A DNA stretch of 64,000 bases from Phoronis australis (lineage: Eukaryota > Animalia > Phoronida): positions 1 to 64,000 of the forward strand of contig NMRA01000480.1 of the NCBI GenBank assembly GCA_002633005.1. The letters are read 5' to 3'. Of this stretch, positions 25,129 through 38,800 are shown piece after piece; positions within the stretch are counted from its first letter, which is position 1, and each line of letters begins with the position of its first letter. Under the pieces are notes generated by a model. The model saw nothing but the letters and a program-made list of their open reading frames with translations. It was not told where the DNA came from and searched no databases. Position numbers and translations under genes: made by a program.

Positions 25129-26760
25129 TACGAGAGCGCTTGGAGGAGCGACACTTGGCGGAATTAATCCAAAAGACGACGAACACGATATCATTCATGT
25201 GACTAGCGAAGAAATCAAATAGAGAGCATGCAATCAACTACAATAAAGAATGAAAGCCCGTTCAAAACTCTGTCTAAAGTGGTAGTTTGGCAAACATGAT
25301 AACATTCATGTGACTAGCGAAGAAATCAATTAGAGAGCATACAATCAACTACAATAAAGAACAGTAGATGGCGCAACATGACGGACGAGCCATGTCTTTT
25401 CCCACATTCTAAAATAGGTGGCGCTATGTGACAGTCTGCAAAGCAAAGTTATGTTTACAATAAGTATTTGGCCTGAAATTGTACAGTCTACAGAGCGCTA
25501 TTCAGCCACAGTAGGACAGTGCTGGCTGGGTCAGTCTGGGTCAACTAGGCATAACCAAAACAAAGTTAACTGAAAGCCAGCCAGCTGGGTCCTTGCATAG
25601 CGGATGACCGAATTGGAACAACGGTATCCGTAAATCTCGAATAATTCAAAAAGTAGACGTCGTAGCGCAAAATGGAAAATATCTTTTGAAAGCCCATTCA
25701 AAATTCTATCTAAAGTGCTAGTTTGGCAAACACGATAGCATTCATGTGACTAGCGAAGAAATCAAATAGAGAGCATACAATCAACTACAATAAAGAACAA
25801 TAGATGGCGCAACATGACGGTCCAGTCTACAGTAGGACAGTGCTGGCTGGGTCAGTCTGGGTCAACTAGGCATAACCAAAACAAAGTGAACTGAAAGCCA
25901 GCCATCTGCGTGCTTGCATAGGCGACCGAAGGAACAACGGTATCCGAAAATCTCGAATAATTCAAAAAGTAGACGTCGTAGCACAAAATGGAAAATATCT
26001 TCTGAAAGCCCGTTCAAAACTCTATCTAAAGTAGTTTTGCAAAAATCCAAAAAAATTTCGAGAAAATTGAAAATTTGCCGTTTTTTTGAAATTCAAAGTC
26101 AAATAACTCGAAAACGGTAAGTCTGAGAAATACGCTCTCCCAGACTTTTTGAAAGGCCATACTTCAAGGAATCCACATGCAAAAATTCACGTCATTTACT
26201 CTTCCCGTTAAAAATGCGACACCAGAGCGATTGAAACCGTGTGAACGTGCGCCACAGCCGCCATCTTGAAAGTGACTTCCGGTCCAACAATTTTTTATAA
26301 AAGCTTATTAAACTCAACAAACACGTGACCTGTTTGAAAGTGATTGGTTTGCAAATGTGCCCTCTACAGGAGAAAACGTTTTTAGCCATATTTCGGGATG
26401 CACATGCGCCACGTCCAATATTTCCGCCATCTTAAACCGGAAGTCAACGATTTTCCGCACACTTGTAGCACATGCGTTCTAGTAAATTCGTACCGATTTT
26501 CAGCCATGTACGTCGAAAAATGCGGCCTCTACGAGCATTTGACTGTGAAATCGGATACAAAATGGCCACCACGTCCGCCATTTTGTATCCGATCATGACC
26601 AAAAACAATAGGCTTCCAGGACTATCCGATCTACACGTCGTGTGCAAATTTCGTGAAAATCGGACGAAAATTGCGACCTGTAGAGTGCGAACAATCCAAA
26701 AAAAAAACTTGCTGTCAGACCAACATACTTGGCGGAATTCTTCGAATTCCGCCAAGTAAC
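25129..26760 (+). mobile_element. Helentron-associated interspersed element (HINE)-like repeat
   Basis: Motif acttggcggaatt at 25153 recurs in a terminal palindrome tacttggcggaattc-ttc-gaattccgccaagta (26726-26758); internal block duplications (25505-25730 vs 25830-26040); no TSD. Confidence 0.6.
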
Positions 26761-27543
26761 TGGAGTGCCAGCCTTCACATATACCTGAACTTACTCAAAG
26801 AGGGTGCTGAAACGGAGATTCCTATGTGTGTTACATATTTCCCTACAGCGGAAAATGTCATACCGACATTTGTAGTGTCAAAATGAACTCTGACATATGA
26901 AGGGAGCACACTCGAACAAATCCGCACCATCTGTTCACACAACTCTTGAGAATCTAGTACTTCCGCTCGATTGACCTCATTTGGGCCCGGTGCCATGGCA
27001 CAGTATCACGGTTGTCATTTGGGCCCGGTGCCATCGCACAGTATCACGGTATGAACATTCTCGTCATGAGTAATCGTGGCACTAAAAGGTAGGTGGTAAA
27101 ATTTTGAATTTTACACCGTACCTTTCTGACCCTAATGCTATGGTCTCTCAAAAATACTCTGGCCTCAACATGTGTAGGACTATCATTATACCTCTTGCTT
27201 TTCAACGCTGCTTTTTCGGCAAACCCTCCTGCATGTTTCCAAGAATCCTTAAGAAATCCAAAATGAATTCTTTTCCAATGATCAACACTCGTATCCTTTT
27301 TCTCGTCAGCGAAGTCATCTTATAAAACATGAATTATTCATGAGCATAAGCAGGCCACTTCCTTTTGTGATCATCAGGTAGGGTGTGCTAACTTGATTAA
27401 TAAAACAAGACAAAATTTACGTCTGACAGCAACCATGTTTCTATTACCTAACATCCTTAGCTAGACAGATACACCAAGTGTCAAACAAGTAAACTAAACG
27501 CAATCAGGATACTGCATCCCTCGCTTCATAAGTCAAACCTTAA

Positions 27544-27860
27544 AGGCGAAGGCAACCTTTTTTCATGTCATTTTTAGCAATAATAAGGTTCTTTGGTTAT
27601 CCCAGACATATTTTCCACTTAATTACAGCTTTTTGTGATTTAATTAATTATTCGTTCTCTACTTCGGATGTGATGTTTTGGAAGGCAAGAATTTCGCGCC
27701 AATTTCTTTTCAGTATAGTGTGACTATGAGAGCTGTCGAGTTAGTCATTGGTCTACCTCGGTTGTGATAAGTTTGGTCGTCGTTTGCTTTTGTTTACGAG
27801 TCAGTCAACATGCCACATTGTTGCTGTATACCGGGATGTACTCATTATGGCCCAAAGCCT
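27544..27860 (+). mobile_element. Truncated Kolobok-type 5' end with THAP start
   Basis: TTAA|AGGCGAAGGCAACC terminus followed by MPHCCCIPGCTHYG (27810), a THAP N-terminal motif; matching right TIR not found. Confidence 0.5.
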
Positions 27861-28744
27861 GTAAGCAGCCCTGCTGCGGTGTTGAGTAGTTGGAGTGAAT
27901 ACAGGCCCAGTGAAGAGTACAGTTCATCGTTCAGTGAGTTTGAAGTCTTTAAATGCGGTTTTGTTGTAAAAACTAATACAGTTAGTAATGGGCTTAGATG
28001 ATGTATACAACATATACATGGTTATTGCTTTGGGCCAAACCAAACCCTCCATGTGAGCGGAAATCGCCAGTGGCAAAAATTTAACCAGCTCAAGTTCATG
28101 AACATGCAGGCACATCACTTACCATAACACAAGGCTCATGCACCTTGTCCATGTTGATGAATGAAATGAAACTACAATGCCGTTTACCTACAGTGTTAAT
28201 GAAATGGGCCTATCTGCTCTATTCAACAGCAAACCCATAACATATTGCACTCTTAATTGACTCAATAACTCGGCATGAACCATTAAGAACGTACTACAAT
28301 ACAGATGTTTGCAGAAAACGTAAAATAGCATAGCACATAAACTACCCACCCAAGAACATGCAAACAAATTGTACAAATACACATATAACTGACAATCCAT
28401 AGCAAAACCTATAGAGTCACTGCAGTTAGAGAATGACAAGAGTTTACAACAAATAACAATAATGCAGCACAACCCAACCCATAAACATTCTCACTGCCCC
28501 AGGGTCCATAGAGTCCATGGTCCAACAGGTAAATAACCATTCACTAACGCACTATGTAGACCAATGCAACCCCAGTTTGTGCGTGCGTGTGTGACAATTT
28601 TTTAAGTCAATACAAGCTTTTTTCACTAATGTATGGTTTCTACATTTGACCAAATGAAGAGCTGCCTTTCTCTGTTTAGAATAGAAAGACGTGGTGTTGG
28701 ACGCTTTTTAAATTCCTTGTTATAAGACAGTCTACCCGTGATTT

Positions 28745-29932
28745 TCTGCACCTACATTTTTATATGTGGGTGCATATTGCCGTCATCTCTGTCTGGGCAT
28801 CCGGCATCCATGGCGGTATCTCTTAAACTTCTTGCAGGATCTAATTGAAAATTTTGGTAGGTGTGTTCCTATGTGGCTGACGACAGATGGCAACGTGTTT
28901 CGGACCAACCCATATAGCACTGTACCATTCGGAATTCCGTGATGGATTTTCATGAAATTCGGCTTATAAATTTTTAATATGGATACGATGATGTCATTCC
29001 ACTTTGGGTGGATTTGATGAATTTTACGCCATGATGATGTGGAAACTTTTGTGTCTATTTTCTGGGGTCTGCCTTGCTATCTGCCACAACGCTTAAAGGA
29101 TAGTTATAAAAACTTACAGATGTGTTGCTGATGAGAAGGCCATGACTAACGTTGAGTTTTGGACAGTTCTGACTACTGTGTCTCCCCTTGGTGATTTTTT
29201 GTGGCTGAATCTCCTGAACCCGTTGAAGTAGCTTTGTGTTCCTATGGAGCCAATGACAAACGGTAACAAATATCAAAATAATCTAGATACCACTGTGCCT
29301 CCTAGTAGCAAAATGTTTTTGATTCGGAGTTTGTGAATGTGTTTTCATGGAATTTGGCAAATAGGTTTTTATTAAGGAGATGACAATGTCTTCTCATTTT
29401 CGGACAGATTTGTTGTTTTTTGGTGTTTAAAAGTTTTCGCGTTTGTTTTTGACATCTGCTTCTCTATCTGCCAAACCACTCAAAGGATGATTATGAAAAT
29501 ATGCGGCTGTGTTCCTGATGCCAATTCCCTGGGTAATGTTGATTTTCAGATATTCTTGACTATTCTGGCATCCAAATTTTGTTGTTTTTTTTGCATCTAT
29601 GACTGTATCTCTCTAACCCTTTCAAGGATCTGCGAAATTTGGCAACTGGGCTTCTATAGAGATGGCATCAGATGACGATGAGTTTCAGACCAATCAGACT
29701 ACAGCTGTGCCCCCTACTGTCAATTGTTTTTTACGTTTGCCTCTATATCTTAAGAGTTCCTTGGCTTATTTTCATGAAATTTGGCAAATAATTGTGTTTT
29801 ATAAAGACGACGCCACCTTCTCAATTCTGTGCCATCCAATGGCCATTTTTTCATGATACTAAAACACCCACAGAAGCACACCCTTTGCTATTGTATTGTG
29901 GGCTCATTTCAATGCTCCGCAGTGCTCTCGTT
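28745..29932 (-). mobile_element. Older copy of the HINE-like family also found at 41155-42637 (fragment also at 31030-31260)
   Basis: Shares the start (tatatgtgg..gca..tgccgtcatctc) and end (gtggg..catttcaa.gctc.gc..tgctct.gtt) with the 41-42 kb copy, in the same orientation. Confidence 0.65.
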
Positions 29933-30339
29933 TAGGTTTTGTCTTTTATGCCTTTGACATTTTCCCATATGAGTATGAATTATGCCTTATTTTGTTGTAT
30001 CTAAACCTTTAATTTGTCAGTTTTTATAGCTGTACTTTGCCTTGTTTAACTAGATAAAAACTAAAATCAATGTCAATATTTCTTGCTGTGGTAGAATTTT
30101 GTTTCTTTTACCAGCAAGAACATCAACGGCGTCAGTGAATCAAACTAACACTTCAGAGTCAAGTGGGGTTGACCCACCTTAAAATTGCCGGTAGCTGTCC
30201 GCTCATTTAACAATAATTCAAGGTCGGATGAGTGTGCTAATGTTTTCAAACCCTAAAGCACTTCAGTTAAGAATTCAACATTGACAGCCAAACAGTGCAA
30301 ATTGTTGTACAGTAAGTTGTGTTTTGGTCGTCTTTACAG

Positions 30340-30432
30340 GCATTGGCTGTTCTAGCAGTGACTTACCCTGTAGCTCATACGTTTTATTCTGGACTGAATG
30401 GGATCAGAACGATCGTTCCTCCATTCATTAAG
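30340..30432 (+). CDS. ANKH: ANKH coding exon 8 (ALAVLAVTYPVAHTFYSGLNGIRTIVPPFIK)
   Basis: tttacag| acceptor, AAG|gtatgc donor; 93 nt; TYPV motif. Confidence 0.93.
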
Positions 30433-30595
30433 GTATGCTTCATATAACCATCATGTGATCGGAGAATGTTTTTTCCTAGTAAATAATAATGTGCTCATTA
30501 AACTTCTCTTATTAGCAAGTTTTGTGCGATTTACGTTATTTTGTGATATGGTGCCGTAGCTACATTGGTGACTCATTACTTTTTATTTCCTGCAG

Positions 30596-30673
30596 GCTAC
30601 AGACAGTTACACGAGATACACACTGTGTCAGCTGGGGGTGTTTGCAGCTTTAATGGGACTTGCCAGTCTTACG
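30596..30673 (+). CDS. ANKH: ANKH coding exon 9 (ATDSYTRYTLCQLGVFAALMGLASLT)
   Basis: ttcctgcag| acceptor, ACG|gtacac donor; 78 nt; ends in SLT like the recalled vertebrate exon. Confidence 0.82.
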
Positions 30674-31819
30674 GTACACTCATTTCTGAGGTGGTGATAT
30701 GCATGTGGTTATTTATACGCCGAAAGAAGAAATCTTTCAAATTCCGTTTTGTGTAATTCCAGCTCTACTGACTGTTGCACTCCCGTGTCATTATGGGGGT
30801 ATTCAGTTCTCGTGACGAGGAATTTAGAGTCACGATGGGGGTGTTCAGTTCTCATGATGAGGAGTTGTGGGTCATTTTGTTTGATTATTTTTATCGTGTA
30901 CGGTAAATGATTGTTTGACTTTCTGCAAATAGTTCTAGTACAACCTTAAATGTTTTGAATTGCATATTAGATAATATATTTGTATATAGTTCTAGTTACT
31001 TGGTGAAATAAATTTTGCCAAGTAAACGTTAACGCTAACCTCTGTATCTACAAACTTAAGGGCCTCAAAAGATTTTCACAAAATTTTGCGGATGAGCATC
31101 TATTAGTGAGATCAGTCTATCCTCCAGTTTTCGGTTTGATTCAAGGTATTTTGTGCCACCTGGTGGCCATTTTTACTGTTTTCGAGTCTGTTTTTTGTGT
31201 CTATCCCTCTGTCTACCAAACCACTCTAAAGATAATTGTGGAAATTGGTATTTAAAAGTGAAATTTTTGGAGACATGTCGGGTGGTTGTTCAGTTGCATG
31301 TGGATATTATTCTGAGAGTACAATTACTTCTGAGGCGTGAGAAAGGAACAATAAGTGTTTTAAAATACTAAGACAAAACCTACCTCAACTTCTATGGAAA
31401 CTGTATTGTAAAAGCAGTAATAACCCCAAACTTTCGGACGCTTGTCTTTCTTCAAGTTTTCTAACACAATGACACTCGAGATTTGATAGAGCAGGTGTCG
31501 CTCTGTTTTATTTTAAGTTGATATGAAAGTTTGTCACCAGATTTCTGTGCAGTCAAATTCTATAGAATTCAACACTTCTCAGGCCTGAAGTTGAATTTTT
31601 TGATTATATCATTTTTGTTTTAATAATTCATCAGAAATGATATTAAGCTGATAATAAATGTGTGAAAGTTCCATGTGAATCTGATATAATTCCCCATAGT
31701 GAGCCAAATTTGGACATTTTCTTAGGTCTCACATAACCTGAGCCTTTGTCTAATTCATGTTTCAGTATTCAAGGAGATCGTCGTTAATTTAAGATTCATT
31801 TCACTTTGTTGGTCCACAG

Positions 31820-31949
31820 CTGATGCTTCTGGTCTTCTTCATCCCTGGTGGAACCATGGGCATCACTACAGTGGTCATCGGAGTCACTGAGGACATTGGT
31901 CATTTGTGCATTGTACCTCTCTACATTTTTTCCTTCTTCCCTATACCAG
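31820..31949 (+). CDS. ANKH: ANKH coding exon 10 (LMLLVFFIPGGTMGITTVVIGVTEDIGHLCIVPLYIFSFFPIP)
   Basis: ccacag| acceptor, CAG|gtatgt donor; 130 nt, ends phase 1; LCIVPLYIFSFFPIP resembles LCVVPLRIFSFFPVP. Confidence 0.94.
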
Positions 31950-33730
31950 GTATGTTCACATCGGTTTTGATGTTGTCCGACTTGTGAAGGTACAATGTTT
32001 TCATCAGAGTTAAACTTGGGTGCGGTGGAATTGGTGTCACTCGCAATGTTAGCTGAATGCTCAACAAAGTCCAGCTCGTCTATTGCAATTTTAAGTGTCA
32101 AACACTGTCCACCTTTAAAACATGAAATAGACCACTTACTCCTTTAACATTCATCTCAATTAATTCTTGTACCTTAGTTACTCATTTGAGAAGAAATTTG
32201 TGAACTTGGGAAGAACTGAAACATCTTATGGTGAAAGCTGAATTCAGTTATTTTATTGTCCAGAAGAAATGGAGAATGACAAGGTGCTTTCCAAGGAGCA
32301 CTTTTCTTGCAAGAACTGCCTTCAAATTCATGCAAAATCTCGTGAGTGAAAGGTTTTGCAAGAAGTCTTGAGACCTTGGAAACTGGACACCACTGAATTG
32401 ATTGATGGGGCTAGAATGTTCACCAGTGGGTGTCTAGTGTCTTGTAAGTGTCTTGGTTATGAATATGCTCTTGGTTCCTTGGCAAACAATAGACGGCGCT
32501 TTTATTTGCCTTTAGTTATTCAGGTTAATGGAAGACTACTCTGAATTGTAAAAGAAAGTTTATAATTATGCTATTTTGCCTGTGCATTGTGTGGTGCCAA
32601 ATTATTTGCTATAGCTCCATCGTATGTTTAGGTAGGGAACTATGCTATTTTTCAACCAATTTACAGCCGTGCTGCTCTCTGGCCATCCATGTTTTTGCCT
32701 ACTTTGGTCAGCTAATTGTGACCCACCACCACAAAATGAATCTTAAGTCAGGATTTGTTATTTTTTAATTGTTATTTTTTTCTGAAAATACAGTGTTTTC
32801 TGATCATTTTGAGATATGAAACATGTCCTTATCTTCACAAATGACCGAGTTATTGCCAATTCTAGTCGGGGAAAGCGAAAATTTAGAGCTTTCAATAGTC
32901 AAGGAAAATGGCCGACGAAAAGTGCCGATAGTGTCTTTAAAATTTCCATAGCAACCTGCAGTTGAATGCTACATTTCAGACTTATTAGTATACACAACAA
33001 CATAAACAAATAAAAGTAATCAAAAATTAGAAAGAATATAGACCTTATTATGTAATCTCAGCCAAAAAGGAGTGATATTCATGTTGGGATGGTGCAACTG
33101 GGTCAATAAATTTCCCAGCTAATGTATACAGGGTCAGTCCACTTGTGGCAGGAGGGTTTACCGCAAGTAAAACAAGTAGTTAAAGTTTATTTTGGAGAAG
33201 TTTAATAAAATGAAGTCCTGTAGATTACAAAATACACGTACCTGGCTGATTTTTGTTCAAAATAATTCAAAATTTTACGCTAGTGTGAATAATTTTGAAA
33301 AAAATGACAATCACTCATCCCTATCCAAGTCCACTGACACTGACTGAAGAGCAACGATTTCCTCGACTTCTCACCGAGTGATTCAGCCCTATCGAAGATT
33401 GTTCTCTCTAGCAGTAATATTCAGCTGCTTGCACCCCGATCCACTGGCTTTGCAGATACAAGACATTGTTGTGCGATTAAGCTAATCCGGACTGTTTTCT
33501 TCAAGTTCTGTTTGTTCCAATCCAACGACTTGGAATCCAACGCAACCGTATTCGCGATGGGTCGATCATGAAACTCCTCTGGCGACGAGTTGCTGCCGTC
33601 AGACGACTCGTCGCTGTCACAAAATCGCTCCTTGTCTCCATCAACAAATGTGCTCTTTGATGAGTTCAGTTAATTCTCGCTGACCTTGATACGGCAGTCA
33701 CAGGCAAGAGTTAATCACTGAGATATCAGC

Positions 33731-34426
33731 GGCACTAGTTGGATATAATGGACCCTAACTTATTTCAAATAAATCCACTAAATGTAGGTCTAAATGAATG
33801 ATTTTGGTATCGTTGCATTTCTCAGACATCTGGCTATCCGTACAAATCCTTTTCACGACCCTCAAGTACTATAGTCTATAACTAGGCCATTCCGAACTTG
33901 GTCCACTTAAGCCACGCGCATCATGAAATCGGCAGTCTTTTCAGGGATCTTGCTATATATAGCGCCATCTATCGGCGATTTGCTACAACACAAGCTGTTC
34001 CATTTTCATCAGTCAACATGTACGACGATAACATGACGATGACAGATACGATCGTGAGAGAGACAAAGTTGATGACTAGAGCAGACGTAACGATGATTAA
34101 TAACGATGACGTTAATAACTGACAAAATCGACCAATGACATTGACTGATGAAAAAGGAACAGCGCGTGTTGTAGCAAATCGCCAATAGATGGCGCTAGAT
34201 ATAGTAAGTTCCCTGAAATAGCTGCCGATTTCACGATGCTCGTGGCTAAAGTGGACCGAGTTCCGAATAGCGCAGTTATAGACTAGAGTAATTGAGGGTC
34301 GTGAAAAAGATTTGTACGGATAGCCAGATGTCTGAGGAATGCAAGGATACCAAAATCATTCATTTAGACCTACATTTAGTGGATTTATTAGGAATAAGTT
34401 AGGGTCCATTATATCCGACTAGTGCC
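33731..34426. mobile_element. Mutator(MULE)-type MITE with ~260-bp TIRs and perfect 9-bp TSD
   Basis: GATATCAGC|ggcactagttggatataatggaccctaac...gttagggtccattatatccgactagtgcc|GATATCAGC; arms 33731-33991 and 34166-34426. Confidence 0.9.
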
Positions 34427-35089
34427 GATATCAGCTACACGGCGACCAGCCATCTTACTGTCTTGAAAACATGCTGTGACCTCGCGACCCCACAGTTTCA
34501 CACCCACTTAACTAGTTCTAGCGAATGAGGTCAGCGATGCGTTGGGTTAAAAGGTCGTTGCTTGCTAAAAGACTGGTGAGTGACACTTCTGTTGAAAATA
34601 CCCCGACTGCAAAAAGTGAAATAACGACTGATGATTGGACGAAAAACTCAAAGAGCTTACTACATGCATAATGAGCAGAGTTTGACGTTTCTGTTGACGT
34701 GTTTATGAGCGAATTGGGTCATCGGAAGACTGAGCAATGAGGACACGAAAACCGGCAAATTTCGATGAAAATTTCACGAGATATGCAGTCGCGGAGAAGG
34801 TGATGTTTTTTAAAATGAAATAAATAAGGTTTAAAATGAAGTTTGCTTGTTTTAAAGTATTGTTTTGTGAAGTAGAATGAATAAATAATCATATTCTGCA
34901 ATAAAATAAATTTGACCTAATTTTAACCGATAGCAACTGTTTGCAGTCTTGTCAGGAAATAGAGTTTCCGACTTAAGACTCATTTTGTGGTGGTGGGTCA
35001 CAGTTGAGTTCAGTTCTAAGTATTGACCTTTTGGTAGTTTTTCTAAATCTTGGAAGACATTTTTATCTCGGTTATGAACACATTAAGAC

Positions 35090-35802
35090 TGCAGTAACTA
35101 AGGTCTCTGACATTGAAGATTGCTGTAAATCAGTGTAACCTTCTTGTTAGTTGTATTGCTGACCTGTCATGTTTACTAAATGATATTAAACGAGTATTTA
35201 CTTTTGATACTAATGGTCTCAATATACGCTGGGTCAGGGCCCATGTGGGAATTGGTGGCAATGAGTATGCAGACAGACTCGCAAAGACAGGAGCAAGCGT
35301 TCTGCATTTTGTGCCTGAACCTGCTATCCCGGTATCTTACGGATGTTGCAGGATGAGTATACGCAACTGGGTACATACCCAGTCAGCAGCCTAGTGGGCA
35401 TCACTTAACTCCTGCAGAGAGACCAAGGGGAGTTTTCCCAACGTGATCGAACCAAAAGGTTCAAAAAGCCTTCGGAGTCTAGATAGATTGGGTATAAGAC
35501 AAGTCATTCAAATTTTGATGGGCCACTGCAACCTGGCCTGACACAGACACATTACTGGGCATATGGGGAACCCTGTGTGTCCCGAGTGTGGTACTGACGT
35601 AGAATCTCCTAAACACCTGGTAGAGTCTTTCCCAGCTTTTTATAGGCTAAGGAGCAGCCTACTGGATGGCACTGTTACATGCCTACAACATATAGTGCAT
35701 GGCAACAAATGGAAACGTCTGTCCATTATCCTAAAGGAGACTGGCAGACTTGAAAACTTTCTTCACGAACAGCCATATTTGGGCTCTCGTGCTTTTGCTC
35801 AG
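35090..35802 (+). mobile_element. 3' part of an RNase H-containing LINE (I/R1/Loa-type group); its tail probably resumes at 44051-44110
   Basis: IRWVRAHVGIGGNEYADRLAK (RNase H motif), then LMGHCNL..H and CPECGTDVESPKHLVES (CCHC-like); contains stops. Confidence 0.88.
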
Positions 35803-38800
35803 AAGGCGATATTTTCTCAAATGAGACAATATTATTTAGTCTCAAAGTGTGCGAAACGGTTCCGCACTTTTTTAATATCCACTTAGGGCCATAAAAAATG
35901 GTATGTAACAAATCTATACCTTACCCTAAACATGCTTACAATGTTACATTTTTATTTCCTCAATTAGCATTTTCTTAATTAGAAGTTCAATTTTTGCAAA
36001 ATCTGCGGAATATTCCGCACACTTGCGGAATATTACGCACTGCGCAAGTTTTGTGGAATACTGTGACTTGAGAAATATTATGTATATCTTGTGGAATAAT
36101 AATCAAAATAATAATTTACTTTTAAAAATCCACAAACAGAAAAGTTTAGCACAGGACTAAAATTTTTAATTTTCTCCCAGCCCAATAAACATGAATTACA
36201 TTCCATTCCCAATAGTACTTGAGAGTATAATGTGCCCACTCTCAATAATATATTAATCAATTTGACGGTTGCAGAAGGGTTCCACATGCNNNNNNNNNNN
36301 NNNNNNNNNNNNNNNNNNNNNNNNNNNNNNNNNNNNNNNNNNNGAGCTAAAAGGACGCAGACGCATGCTACTGATGGTGGTAACGTTTTTTTTTTTTTTA
36401 GTCCTGATTTTTGACGAGGAAAGATTCAGATTGACCATTTCAAGGCGGGCATGATTTGGGCCGCAAAAGTTTCCGCGTTTTTTGTCATTGGTCATTCCAA
36501 GCCCTGAAATTCGCATTACCAATAAAGTTAAAATGCATTCCATAATCAATACCACTTGAAAGTATCAATGTGACATTCCTAATAATAATTACTTGATCAA
36601 AGTGACAGTTGCGGAACCATTCCGCATGCGGAACCGTTCTGTATAGGGAGCGATTCCCCAAACAGAATGGTTTTGCTGGGTATTTGATTTCACCAATTAA
36701 CTTATAATGCATTACATTATCAATGCAACTTGAAAGTATCGATGTGACAATCCTAACAGTAATTAGTTGATCAATGTGACAGTTGCGGAACAGTTCCGCA
36801 TGCGGAACTGTTTCGCAAACAGTACTTTTTTGATCCTCACAAGTTTTAAAAATTTTTCTTGCACATTTCAGTTGAAATATACTCTATTTTCAAAAGCATA
36901 TGAAAATATCAATGTGTCAGCAAGAACAATGATTAATCAGTGAGGAACTTGCTGAATGGTTTGTGATGAAGAAACCTACCTCAAGCAGACTCGGGAAAAA
37001 TTGACATCTTGTCTATGCCATTTTACCACTTTTGGTAGAACCTTAACACCAGCCATGAAATGTTCGAATCTTAACGTGCAACAAGCATTAAACATAAAAG
37101 TATGAGAGCTTCTACCCTAACAATAATTAATTAACAAAAGTGACAGTTGCGGAACCGTTCCGCATGCGGAAAAATTCTGCTTGGGGAGCGATTTACGAAA
37201 CAGAATGGTTTTGCGGGGTTTTGATTTCACCAATCAACTGAAAATGCATTCCATTATCAATGCCACCTGAAAGTATCGATGTGACAATCCTAACAGTAAT
37301 TAATTGATCAGTGTGACAATTGCGGAACCGTTCCGCAAGCGGAATCATTCCGCATGGGGAGCGTTTTCCCAAACAGAATGGTTTTGCGGGGTATTTGTTT
37401 TGCCCAATGAACTTAAAATGCATTCTATTATCAATGCCACTTGAAAGTATCAATCTGACAATCCTGACCATAATTAGGTGGTCAATATGACAGTTCCGCA
37501 AACAATGGTTTTGTGGAGCTCACATTTTTTTAAATTGATGCTTGCGAATTAAAGTTGAAATACATTCTANATTAGGTGGTCAATATGACAGTTACTGAAC
37601 CGTTCTGCAAACAATGGTTTTGTGGAGCTCACATTTTTTTAAATTGATGCTTGCGAATTAAAGTTGAAATACATTCCATTGTCAATAACACATGGACATA
37701 TCAATGTGTCATGGTTTGTGTTGTAGAAACCTACCTCAAGCTGACTCGGGAAAAATTGACATTTGGTTATGCCATTTAACTGCTCATGGTAGAGTTTAAC
37801 ACAAGTCAGGAAATATTCAAATCTTAGTGTGCAAAAAGCATAAACATGAATGTATCAGAATTTCTACCCTAACAATAATTATTTCATAAATGTGAGTTGC
37901 GGAACCGTTTCGCATGCGGAACGATTTTCCACACAGAATGGTTTTGCGGGGTTTTTGTTTTGCCCAATAAAGTTAAAATGTATCCCATTCTCAATACCAC
38001 TTGAAAGTATCAACGTGACAATCCTAACAATAACTAGTTGATCAATGTGACTGTTTCGGATTTGTTCCGCAAGCAGAATGGTTCCAGAAACAATGGCTTT
38101 GTGGAGCTCATTCTCATTATTATGTTCACATTCGATCATCGTTTAGTAGACAGTTTACACTTATTAGCAAAAACATGAACTTCACAACATTTCTTTTCAC
38201 TTGGCTCTTCATTTGCTTGCATAACTTTTGAAAAATATATGGACAGTTCTCAGGAGACAACTGGAATCTCAAAACTAATTCTAAGGCCTGGGGACACAAT
38301 TAAAAAGTCAGGTACTTGTTTTCAATTTTTCGAATGTCNAGCAGAATGGTTCCAGAAACAATGGCTTTGTGGAGCTCATTCTCATTATTATGTTCACATT
38401 CGGTCATCGTTTAGTGCAGACAATTTACACTTATTAGCAAAAACATGAACTTCACGACATTTCATTTCACTTACATCTCTTCATTTGCTTGCATAACTTT
38501 TGAAAAATATATGGACAGTTCTCAAGAGACAACTGGAATCTCAAAACTAATTCTAAGGCCTGGGTACACAATTAAAAAGTCAGGTACTTGTTTTCAATTT
38601 TTCGAATGTCACAACTTGAACGAAGTTTAACTTCTCTCAGCATTCAAAATGTTGTCCCAGCTCTATCATTCTATCATCAGCGAATGATTTGTGCATCAAA
38701 TATGCACCAGCGGAGACCTCGTACACGGTTTCTCTATGTCTAATATTTTCCTTTTTAAGATGTAATTTGAAAAATTGCTATGTATCTAATTTACAGCTAT

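Noticed and set aside
30763-30902. Alternative exon between exons 9 and 10 (ccag...G|gtaaat)
   Set aside because: Stop in the required phase, no ANKH similarity, and it contains a local duplication; the true exon is at 31820-31949.
31796-32101. 101-aa hydrophilic minus-strand ORF as a nested gene
   Set aside because: It overlaps ANKH exon 10 on the opposite strand (antisense shadow), starts at TTG and has no recognisable motif.
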